DNA from: Octopus sinensis
Taxonomy: Eukaryota
Reading direction: 5' to 3'
Assembly (NCBI RefSeq): GCF_006345805.1
Contig: NC_043002.1
Location: 68,262,001 to 68,326,000, forward strand
DNA: 64,000 nt
Shown here: positions 11,256-22,198 of the stretch, piece after piece
Position numbering within the stretch: the first letter of the stretch is position 1
How the letters are laid out: each line of letters opens with the position of its first letter
Position numbers and translations under genes: made by a program
Notes under the pieces: generated by a model
Database searches by the model: none
Told to the model about the DNA's origin: nothing
Seen by the model: only the letters and a program-made list of their open reading frames with translations

Positions 11256-14200
11256 ATGGAAAATTTACCGCATCCAAAAGACCTAGACTTTAATCAGGAA
11301 AATCTAGCCGCAGCATGGAAAAAGTGGAAAAAAGAATTCAATCTCTTTTTGATAGCAACAGAAAGTGACATGAAGCCAGACAAAGTAAAAACTTCAATGT
11401 TTTTAACTTGCATCGGTTCTAAAGGCCGAGATATCCATTCCACACAGGATTTCGATTCACCCGACGAAGAAATGAACCTTCAGACAGTAATCGAAAAATT
11501 CGATGCATATTGTGAACCCAGGAAAAACATAACTTTCCTAAGACACAAATTCTTCACATGTGGACAAGCGGAACATCAAAAATTCGATGAGTACGTAGTA
11601 GAGTTGTGCCAAAAGGCACAACAGTGCGAATTCGGCAACCTCACAGACAGTCTCACCAAAGATATTCTGATATGTGGAATCAGAGACATGAGATTAAGAG
11701 AAAGATTATTGAGAGAACCAAATTTAGACCTACAAAAAACAATTCAAGCAGGTCAGAGTGCAGAGCAAACACGACTCCAATCAAGGATGCTAAATGCCAC
11801 ATCCGAAACAAGAGATAACGAAATCTCGAGGGTATATAGTCAACACGACAGAAAAGGCGCCAAAACTCAAATAAACCGCCATATGCAATCCAGACATCAA
11901 AACGAACAAGGCGGAAGTGACAGAAAGCCCGCGAAGTTTCAAGCACCAAGTCAACACTACGTCACTAACTGTCACTATTGTGGTTATAATCACAAAAGAA
12001 ATAAATGCCCAGCATTTCACAAGACATGTGAAAAATGCAAGAACAAAGACACTATGCAAAAATGTGCAAATCAAGAAAATTTGTACATAAAGTAGAGATA
12101 CATACCGACGATGAATCAGATGACGATGCACATGCACTCGAAATGATCACTGCAAATAATTCCCGCGTGCACAAAATCGAAAAGTTCAAGACTCCAAAAG
12201 ACATTTGGACGGTCGAACTAAAAGTGAACAACTCGAATGTAACATTCAAAATAGATACAGGAGCAGACGTAACCGTACTGCCATTCAGAGAATATAGAAA
12301 TATAATTCCAAAACCACAACTGCAAAAAACTTCAACTCGATTATCAGCTTATAATAACACAGCTATAAAAGTGCTAGGAAAATGCACAGCAGTCATTAAA
12401 TACAAAGAATTATCAAAGCAAATAAAATTCATTGTTGCAAAAACAAACTCGCACGCAGTTATAGATGCAAAGACAGCTAAAGATCTGAACCTGATTCAGA
12501 GAATTTCAAAAAAATTCGTCGAACACAAACGACATATTAGAAAAATATGAAGACTGTTTCGGAGAAATCGGCACTTTGTCAATAACACATCATATCACAG
12601 TGGATCCACAAATAACTCCTGTAATTCATCCACCAAGATCGGTTCCTTTTTCTATAAAAGAAAAACTCAACAAAGAATTAAAAAGAATGACAGAATTAGA
12701 TATCATAAACCTGTTAGTGAACCTACAGACTGGGTAAATTCCCTAGTCATCGTTGAAAAAGCCAACGGAAAACTCCGACTCTGTTTAGACCCCAAGAATC
12801 TAAACAAAGCCATAAAAAGGCAACATTTCAAACTCCCTACAGCGGAGGACATTTTTGCACAAATGCATAGCCCTAAATATTTTTCAAAACTCGATGCATC
12901 TAATGGATACTGGCAAATTCCAGTTGACGAAGAAAGCTCCCATCTTTTAACGTTCAACACACCTTTTGGAAGGTATCACTTCACACGACTACCCTTTGGA
13001 ATTCACAGCGCCAGTGAAGTTTTCCAAAAAGAAATTTCAAAAATAATAGAGGGCATAGAAGGAGCAAGAAATTCACAGGATGACATCATAATCTGGTCCA
13101 ACACTTTAGAAGAACACACAAATAGACTACAACAAGTTTTCGATCAAATCCGAAAGCACGGATTAAAGTTAAATAAATCAAAGTGTATCTTCTATGAATC
13201 ACAAATCAAGTACCTTGGGCATATATTAACCAGCGAAGGGATAAAACAAGATCCAACAAAGTACAAGCAATCATTCACATGCCACTGCCAACAAGTAAAA
13301 AAGAATTACAAAGATTCCTAGGTATGACAAATTACCTATGTAAATTTTTATCTAATTACTCCGAAGTCACAGCACCATTGCGCCAGCTTCTACAGAGTGA
13401 CACGTTATGGTCATTCGACAAACCACAAATCGAAGCAATAAAAAAGCTAAAAGAAATGATTACCAGAAAACCAGTGCTACAATTTTATGATCCAGATCTA
13501 CCAATAAAAATAACTACAGATGCTAGTAAGCATGGGCTCGGAGCGATACTTGAGCAGAAACACAACGAAGATGGCTACCTGTTTCATTTGCATCTCGTGC
13601 AACAACTCAAGCGGAACAAAACTACTGTCCGATAGAGAGCGAAGCTCTCAGTATAGTTTTCGCATGCAAGAAATTTCATCAGTTTATATACGGAACTCAT
13701 TTCAGAATCGAAAATGACCATAAACCGTTGAAGCAAATATTCAAAAAATCGATCACTAAATGCCCCCCCAGAATCCAAAGATTTCTACTAACATTACAAA
13801 GATATGATTTTGACCTAAACCACATACCTGGTAAAGAATCAATTGTTTCAGATACCCTATCACGTGCATACCTTGAGCAAAATACTCCAGAAGTATCAGA
13901 CGAAGATATGAAATCGCAAATTCATGCAGTAATAAAAAATTACCCCATAACCGACACTAAATTAAAAGAGTATAAAGAAGCCACTGCAGACGACCCGTCT
14001 CTACAGACACTCGTCACATATACAAGAACAGAATGGCCCCCAAAAGACAAAATACCAATAAACATCAAACCATTCGTATCCGTTCGTGATGAAATATCAA
14101 TCGTCAATGGTCTCGTTCTAACAGGTTCAAGAATAATTGTACCTAAGTCATTACGTAGAGAAGCTCTACAGGAAAAATACATACCGGACACATGGGTATC

Positions 14201-15190
14201 GAAAAATGCATAGAGAGAGCGAAGGAATGTATATACTGGCCCGGCATTAACGCTCAAATCAAAGACATGATTAACACATGCTCATACTGCATTGACTACA
14301 AAAATCAACAAGCAGCCGAACCACTAATAAATCATGAAATACCTACTACACCATGGACCAAAGTGGGTACAGACGTATTTCACCTGTCTGGAAATTCGTA
14401 TGTCACATTATTGACTATACAACAAGATTTTTTGATCTACACGAAATAAATGATTGCCAGTCAAAAACCGTAATCAAAAAATTAAAGAAACTTTTGCTAA
14501 ATTCGGAATTCCGCAAACAGTTGTAAGTGACAATGGTCCAGAATTCAATTCGGCTGAATTCCAAAAATTTGCAAAAAATTGGACATTTCATCACACGAAG
14601 ACAAGCCCGCATTATCATCAAGCGAATGGCATGGTTGAGAGAAATATACAGACAATAAAAAGACGCTAAAAAAGGCATTCAAAAGTGACGAAGAACCTCA
14701 GTTAGCGCTCTTAGCATTACGCACGACTAAATTACAAAATGGTGCACCATCCCCTGCAAATCAAATAATGAATAGAACATTGCGAACAAATCTCCCAAAC
14801 ATACTACACGACAAAATTGGTATCAGGCCTCACGAAAAGAAGAAATCAAACATTACAACAGAACTCCCAGAGTTAAAACCACACGACGGTTAGAATTAAG
14901 TTTAACAACAATTGTTTAGAAGGGGCAAAATAATTAAAAAACTAGAGCAACCTCGTTCATACTTAGTAATAACAGAGGAAGGAAATACAGTCAAACGAAA
15001 TAGACAACATATTCTTAAAACAAACGAACACGTTCGCATAACAGAAGAATTAGATTATGAAAATATATTTCCAAAGTCAACAAACACGCATGAAAAAACA
15101 AAAACAGCACAACTACAGAATTCAACACTACAAAATAATAAAACCAAAAAAAGTGGACGACGAATAATTATTCCTGTAGATACAGATGAT
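11256..15190 (+). pseudogene. gag-pol polyprotein, frameshifted in this sequence
   Basis: gag with CHYCGYNHKRNKC and CEKCKNK(G)HYAKMC knuckles; protease KIDTGAD; RT LDASNGYWQI/LPFG/SQDD; RNase H NDHKPL; integrase H..GHMG..C..C, GTDVF, SDNGPEF, NGMVER; at least 9 frame switches. Confidence 0.93.
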
Positions 15191-15205
15191 ATAAAAAAAA
15201 TTTTT

Positions 15206-15230
15206 AAAAAAAAAGAAAAAAAAAGGAAGA
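15206..15230 (+). other. polypurine tract
   Basis: 25-nt all-purine run abutting the 3' LTR. Confidence 0.85.
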
Positions 15231-15466
15231 TGTTAATAATCATCACAACAAACATGAACAATCAACATCGCCCATTGTCTCTCTTGATAAAAGGACTTTC
15301 ACTTGTTTCCCGCCAAAACAATTAACTTGTACAACAACGGCAGTCGAATAAAGTATCTTGTATCGTTAACACGTTGTTTCAGTCTCTCTCATTTTCTTAA
15401 TCTTTCATACTAAGTACTCACTACTTCCTTTAATACTCAATACATTATATATATATAACAACAACA
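15231..15466 (+). repeat. 3' LTR (236 bp)
   Basis: copy of 10940-11177, followed by the TSD GTGGT. Confidence 0.97.
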
Positions 15467-15561
15467 GTGGTCAGTAAACAAGCTACTTACCACAAATGTA
15501 TATATATATAATATAATATATACTATTATATATTATATATAATAATATATACATTATGTGG

Positions 15562-15592
<31 letters not shown>

Positions 15593-15601
15593 ATATATAT
15601 G

Positions 15602-15638
<37 letters not shown>

Positions 15639-15707
15639 GTATATTTATGTGTGTGTGTATGTATATGTATATACGTATATATGTATGTATATGTATATAT
15701 ATATGTA

Positions 15708-16980
15708 TTAGGTCATCCCATAAATTCTGTGAAACAAGTGATCTAATGTTATATTTAATCGAAATTTAATCATCAGTGTACTTTCCCTGATTATCTATGA
15801 CTTTCTTCCATCTATTTACAAGCTTTTTAATCTCATCAATATAAAACTCTTTTGGTTTCAAAGCAAAGAACTCTGAAACTTCAGTTTTGACTTCCTCCTT
15901 GCTTGCAAAAGTTATGTCCCCCAAATGATTTTGTAAACTATGAAACAAATGGTAGTTTGAAGTAGCAAGGTCGGGAGAATAAGGTGGATGAGGAATTTTT
16001 TCCCAAACAAGCCCTTCGATTTTCTCTGATGTGATCTTTGCAGCGTGAGGTTACGCATTGTCCTGATGAAACATCACTCCTTATCGATTCACTAAAGCGT
16101 TTTTTTTTTTTCTTCAAAGCTTAGTTCAAACGTTGTAATTGCTGACAGTAGACTTGAGCATTGATTGTTGCATTAGGTGGTAACAATTCAAAGTGAATTA
16201 CTCCTTTGCAATCCCACTAGATAGAGAGAAGAACCTTTTTTCCATGAAGTTCCCTTCTCGGATATGGTTAAGATTTTTCCCTTTTACCAAGCTACTGTTT
16301 ATGATGTTTAACATTTCGATAGAAGATCCATTTTTCATCACCAGTCACAAGTCTATCCAAAAAGGGTGAAATGAGTTCATGAAAATGGAGGGAAGAGCAG
16401 ATGTCAACTCATGATTTGCAGTTGCTTTCGGACAATTCATGAGGCACCCATTTCCCAAGTTTAGGAAACTTTCCAAGTTGTTGAAAATGATGATGAACAA
16501 TTGTATGCTTTGAACTAAGCTTTATTGCCAATTCTTCAACTGATAATGCCGGATTTTCTTCAAGTAATGCTTCAAGGAGCTTATCATCAAACTCAACTGG
16601 ACATCCTGTTCAATCTTCATCTTCAAGGCTGAAATCTCTACTTCTGAATTTTGCAAGCTATCTTCTGCAAGTTCTTCCATTCAAGCATTCTTTCCCATAA
16701 ACTGAGTGTATGTTACGAGTCGCTTCGGCTGCAGAGTTTCCATTTTTGTACTCATAAAGCATTATATGTTTCAAATGCTCTTTGGATACTTCCATGTTAG
16801 AAAGAGTTTTAATCAGAGAAATTTTAATTCTATTAGTCTGTAAAATAATATTTAATTAGTTTAAATATACACAAATGCATAAAAATAATTTTTAATTCCA
16901 TTAGACATTCTAAAATACTATTAAATTTCATTCAATTCTAAAAAAAGGTAAAATTGGACAGAACTTATGGGATGACCTGA
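15708..16980 (-). mobile_element. full-length decayed mariner (Tc1/mariner) DNA transposon
   Basis: 23-bp TIRs at 15708-15730 and 16958-16980 (2 mismatches), TA flanks; transposase remnant from ATG 16795 (MEVSKEHLKHIMLYEY) to 15766 with YSPDLATSNYHLF; stops and frameshifts. Confidence 0.93.
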
Positions 16981-17012
16981 TATATATATATATACATATA
17001 CATGTACATATG

Positions 17013-17043
<31 letters not shown>

Positions 17044-17068
17044 ATGTTTATATGTGTGTGTATGTATA

Positions 17069-17104
<36 letters not shown>

Positions 17105-17121
17105 TTGTATGTATATATATG

Positions 17122-18167
17122 TCATCATCATCATCATCATTCAATGTCCGCTTTCCATGCTAGCATGGGTTGGATGATTTGACTGAGGACTGGCAAACCA
17201 GATGGCTGCACCAGGCTCTAATCTTGATCTGGCAGAGTTTCTACAGCTGGATGCCCTTCCTAACGCCAACCACTCCGAGAGTGTAGTGGGTGCTTTTACT
17301 TGCAACCGGCACGAGGGCCAGTCAGGCGGTACTGGCAACAGCAATGTTCAATGGTGTTTTTTACATGCCACCTGCACAGGAGCCAGTCCAGCAGCACTAG
17401 CAACGACCTCGCTCAAATGTTTTTTCACGTGCCACCGGCACAAGTGCCAGTAAGGTGACGCTGGAAACGACCACATTTGAAAGGTGCTTTTTACGTGCCA
17501 GCAGCACAAAACCAGTTAGCCCCTCTGGCAACGATCACTCTCGGATAGTGCAATTAGCTCTCCACTTGCATGGACGCCAGTCATCAAATTTGATTTTGAT
17601 TTCGATTTCACTCGTCTCAGCAGGTCTTTGCAGGCAGAGTTTAGTGTCCAATGAAGGAAAGGTACACATAAGTGGCCTGGTTACACCCCAGGCATAGGCC
17701 ATGAGGTTATGGTCTAATTTGGTTTGCCGGGTCTTCTCGAGCATAGCATATTTCCAAAGGTCTCGGTCACTAGCCATTGCCTTGGTGACACCTAATGTTT
17801 GAACGTCATGCTTCACCACTTCATCCCAGGTCTTCCTGGGTGTACCTCTTCCACAGACTCCCTCAACCGCTAGAGTGTGGCACTTTTTCACACAGCTATC
17901 CTCGTCCATTCTCGCCACATGATCATACCAGTGCAGTCGTCTCTCTCGCACACCACATCTGATGCTTCTTAGGTTCAACTTTTCTCTCAAGGTACTTACA
18001 CTCTGTCGAGTATGCACACTGACATTACACATCCATCGGATCATACTGGCTTCGTTCCTTGCGACCTTGCGCATGTCCTCAGTAGTCACGGCCCATGTTT
18101 CGCTGCCATGTAGCATGGCTGTTCATACATATGCATCATACAGTCTACCTTTTACTCTGAGCGAGAG
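17122..18167 (-). mobile_element. 5'-truncated RTE-clade LINE with 3' UTR VNTR and (GAT)n tail
   Basis: ORF 17535-18116 LHGSETW...RRLHWYDHVARM...RKTWDEVV; 64-66-bp repeats at 17290-17530; (CAT)n on + strand at 17122-17140. Confidence 0.92.
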
Positions 18168-18318
18168 TAGAGATGAGTGAAATTAAAGGTTATAATAACT
18201 GTCTAAGTGAAAGTTGTATCCAATGAATCAACTCGTGTATTACCCATGTGTGATTATGAGTATTAGTATTAATACTTGTGAATGATAGATATTGAGATAA
18301 AGCTTATCTATATATAGG

Positions 18319-18494
18319 GAAAACAGAAAATGGAGATAAAATTAATGAATGACAACTGATGTACAGTAATTATCATTTATTAATTAAAACAGAAACAGCT
18401 GTAAGATGAGATTTGGTCTTTTTGTAATTAGTTAATAAATGATAATCGGTGTATATCAGTTGTCATTCATCAATTTTATCTCCATTTTCTGTTT

Positions 18495-18496
<2 letters not shown>
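18319..18496. mobile_element. palindromic MITE-like element with about 68-bp arms
   Basis: 18319-18386 is reverse-complementary to 18429-18496. Confidence 0.8.
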
Positions 18497-18529
<33 letters not shown>

Positions 18530-18618
18530 GATTGTGTGTGTGTGTGTGTGTATATATATGTGTGTGTGAGTGTGTGTTTGTATATGTTTGCACCTCTGTC
18601 TCCTTGTGTGTGCATGTC

Positions 18619-18671
<53 letters not shown>

Positions 18672-19364
18672 GCATATATGTGTGTGTGTGTGTGTGTATA
18701 AATACTATAGCCTCAGGTCAACCAAAGCCGTGAGAGTGGATTTCGTACATGGAAACTGAAAGAAGATTGTTGTATATGTGTGTATATTTGTGCACGCGTG
18801 CATGTGTGTTTGTCCCCCCACCATTGCATGACAACTGATGTTGCTGTGTTTACGCCCCCATAACTTAGCAGTTCGGCAAAAGAGACTGATAGAATAAGTA
18901 CTAGGCTTACAAAGAATGAATCCTGGGGTCAATTTGTTTGACTGAAGGTGGTGCTCCTGCATGGCTGCAGTCACATGTCTGAATCAAGTAAAACAATAAA
19001 AAAACTATGCAAGTTTAATCCTGAACAATGCCAGGTATATCTGCTAGTATATAATATAAATATAGAATTGCATTATGTAATTCTCATTTTGTCCACAAGA
19101 TTACACTCTCCATTGGTGATAATTTTTGACAAGTGATGACCAAGACTTCACCTATCAAAACGTTGTAATTGCTGACAGTAGACTGTCAGGTGAAGTCTTG
19201 GTCATCTTGGAAAATGAAGGACAAATAAGATATACAGTAATCCCTTGTCTGTCGCAGGTGTTACTTTCCAAAACACTCCATGATAAGTGAAAATCCACAA
19301 AGTAGATGTAGTACTGTGCTGTATTATTTTTTAAATTATTTTTATAATTTGTATATATTTCATT

Positions 19365-19545
19365 TTTGGATTTGGTTCGCCAGGCTCTTTATATGAGTTC
19401 GTGTGTTGAAGCATATTTTGTTGTCATTTTCTTTTTGTGCCTTATAATCTAACACACTCACTGTCAAAATTTGCACTTATTTCTTATTTTTATTTTCCTA
19501 AAATTTTCATTGCGTCTTGCAACCTTTTCAATAGTCTTGACTCTG
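19365..19545. repeat. unclassified interspersed repeat of about 190 bp
   Basis: homologous inverted copies at about 22858-23050 and 25140-25338. Confidence 0.8.
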
Positions 19546-20769
19546 TCCGTTATTTACACTGCATTCCTTTTTGTTTGTTTGTGAGCATGTGTGTGGGTGA
19601 GTGTATGTGTGTGTGCCTATGCATGTATGCATGTACGTATGTATGTATGTATGCATATATGTATGCATGTGTGTGTAAGTATATATGTGTGTGTGTATAC
19701 ATATGTATATATGTATTTATGTGTGTGCATCTGTATGTATTCTGCATAGTCACGTGCTTGTATGTCCATGTTTGTGTATTTTCTATGTATGTGTGTGAGT
19801 GTGTGTTTGTATATGTTTGCACCTCTGTCTCCTTGTGTGTGCATGTCTGTGTGTGTGTGTGTGTGTTTTGCAACTATGTACCATGTTTGTATATATGGAT
19901 AACACCACAGAGGAATCGGCATGAGCCTACATAATAAACTGCAATGGGTGAACGGTGACATGGCAAGGGATTACTTGTATACAGAAACTGACAGAATCAG
20001 CCACCATCTGCTCTTGCTTTAGTTTTAATACAAGAAAGTGAAATATTGCAAGTGTGTGTTACTTAGAGCTATCCCTGGGTTTGTTCCCCACTACTCCCCT
20101 TTGGCCAGTATACCCTATACAGGCTTGTACAATAGTGCCAAAAGTGCCATCCCCGAAAAAGTATCACCTGGGGCAGATCCTGCCTCAGCTAAGTTACTGA
20201 AAGCATGTTTCAGTTGAACAAACTTGTAGTGTCTCTTTTTTTTTTTATCAGTTTACTGACCATAAGTTGATTTTATCTCTTTTATTTCACCAAGGTTTCC
20301 TGTGTATGCTACCTGGGTAACCCAAAAGGACTTTATTTCATCAAAGAGATAAGCTTTGTAAATATACAAACAAAAGATAAATTGAGTTCAAATTAAAGGA
20401 ATTATAGGATGGGGGTGAAGAGTCAAAAACTTCATGAAGCTCATGGATAATCAGGAGAAATTTTAGTTGACTAATTGTAAAGCATGTTTGCATAAAACTA
20501 CATTTTTTTTAAAGTAAAAACAGTGACATATGATAATGACACATGAATGTAACTAATATTTAGAGCAGTGTCTTTGTCTAAATTTATTATATTTTCCATC
20601 TCATGTGACACTAAATATAATTTACATTTTGCTCATGATCAGTTTGTCTGTAACTACGCAGTAATGAAAGAAATCCACTTATTGAATGAGAAGTAAAAAT
20701 AATGACACGCATTTTTTATTTCATCATCATCATCATTGACAACAATAACTTTTTCCAGTACCAACCACA

Positions 20770-20828
20770 TCAATGAGGCAAGCCAAGCTCTTTGAAATTT
20801 GATGGTGCTGCTTCCTTCAAATCTTCCT
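20770..20828 (-). CDS. orphan terminal-exon-like segment: (E)EDLKEAAPSNFKELGLPH*
   Basis: tgtgttttaacag acceptor, protein-like frame, TGA at 20772-20770, AATAAA at 20720-20715; upstream exons not found. Confidence 0.3.
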
Positions 20829-21239
20829 CTGTTAAAACACAATACTTTTTCATCACTCATTCTCTATAACCGTTACGTTCATACTGATACATTCCTCTCT
20901 TCTGCACATACATCACCTTACATCATTAATTCTTTTCAGCATGCTTATATTCTGATTTTCATGCAAGATAGCATAACACTTCAAACATGACAGATCTAAT
21001 TGATTTTTATTTAGCATTTTCAACAAAAAAAATATTGGGAAATACTGAAAATAACGAAGCCAATGTTTCTTATGAGGGTAGAACAAGGGTTTGTAAGGAT
21101 TGAATAGGGGATGAGCAGAAAAATTAACTCGTTTAATATAATTAAAATGTTTTTAAACTTATCCAACACCATGGCAAAGATAAAAAGAATTACATAGAGG
21201 CAAATTCTGTTTGTTTTTTTTTTTGTTTCTTAAATAAAG

Positions 21240-21652
21240 GCGTGGCTGTGTGGTAAGTAGCTTGCTTACGAACCACATGGTTCTGGGTTCAGTCCTACTG
21301 CATGGCACCTTGGGCAAGTGTCTTCTACTATAGCCTCGGGCTTACCAAAGCCTTGTGAGTGGATTTGGTAGACGGAAACTGAAAGAAGCCCGTCATATAT
21401 ATATGTATATGTATGTGTGTGTGTATATGTTTGTGAGTCTGTGTTTGTCACCTCCCCACCACATCGCTTGACAACTGATGTTGGTGTGTTTACGTCCCCG
21501 TAACTTAGCGGTTTGGCAAAAGAAACCGATAGAATAAGTACTAGGCTTACAAAGAATTAGTCCTGGAGTCGATTTGCTCGACTAAAAGGCGGTGCTCCAG
21601 CATGGTCGCAGTCAAATGACTGAAACAAGTAAAAGTGTAAAAGAGTAAAGGA
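21240..21652 (+). mobile_element. SINE family A
   Basis: full head-to-tail match to the family. Confidence 0.88.
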
Positions 21653-21944
21653 GTGAAATTGTCACTAATATGGGGATTTTTGGCAGGGGCAGAAGCTGAT
21701 GGTTATCACTTTATAAAATACTGGATTAACCCCCTACAGCATCTTATCATCATTTAATGTCCACTTTTCCATGTTTACATGGGTCTGACAATTTATTGAG
21801 GCAGATTTTGTACATCCAGGTGCCCTTCCTGTTGCCAACCCTCACTGTTTCCAAGCAAGGTAACACTTGCCCATGGCCAAACATGCTTCTCATGAAAGAC
21901 TGGAAATGAACAATATTGTACAAGAGTACACATACAATTACACA

Positions 21945-22198
21945 CACATACAATTACACACACACACACACACACACACATACAACACATACATGCACAT
22001 GCATACATACACTCACACATATATACACACACATACATACACTCCCACATACATACACACAAACGTACAAACAGAAACACACACATACATACACTCACAC
22101 AAACAGAAACACACACATACATACACATACTCACACATACGTACACACATACATACACTCATATATATACACACGCACGCACGCACACACACACACAT
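21945..22198. repeat. (CA)n-rich compound microsatellite
   Basis: direct inspection. Confidence 0.95.

Larger units (their letters stand above)
10940..15466 (+). mobile_element. full-length Ty3/Gypsy LTR retrotransposon (Mag-like)
   Basis: TG...CA LTRs, GTGGT TSD at 10935-10939 and 15467-15471, PBS, PPT, gag-PR-RT-RH-IN order; inserted in a SINE. Confidence 0.97.

Noticed and set aside
12035-12095. Programmed gag/pol frameshift in the Gypsy element
   Set aside because: The switch falls inside the CCHC knuckle, has no slippery heptamer, and resembles the other single-base deletions.
20060-20220. GC-richer segment with open frames on both strands
   Set aside because: No consistent splice sites or recognisable protein; more likely a transposon end.
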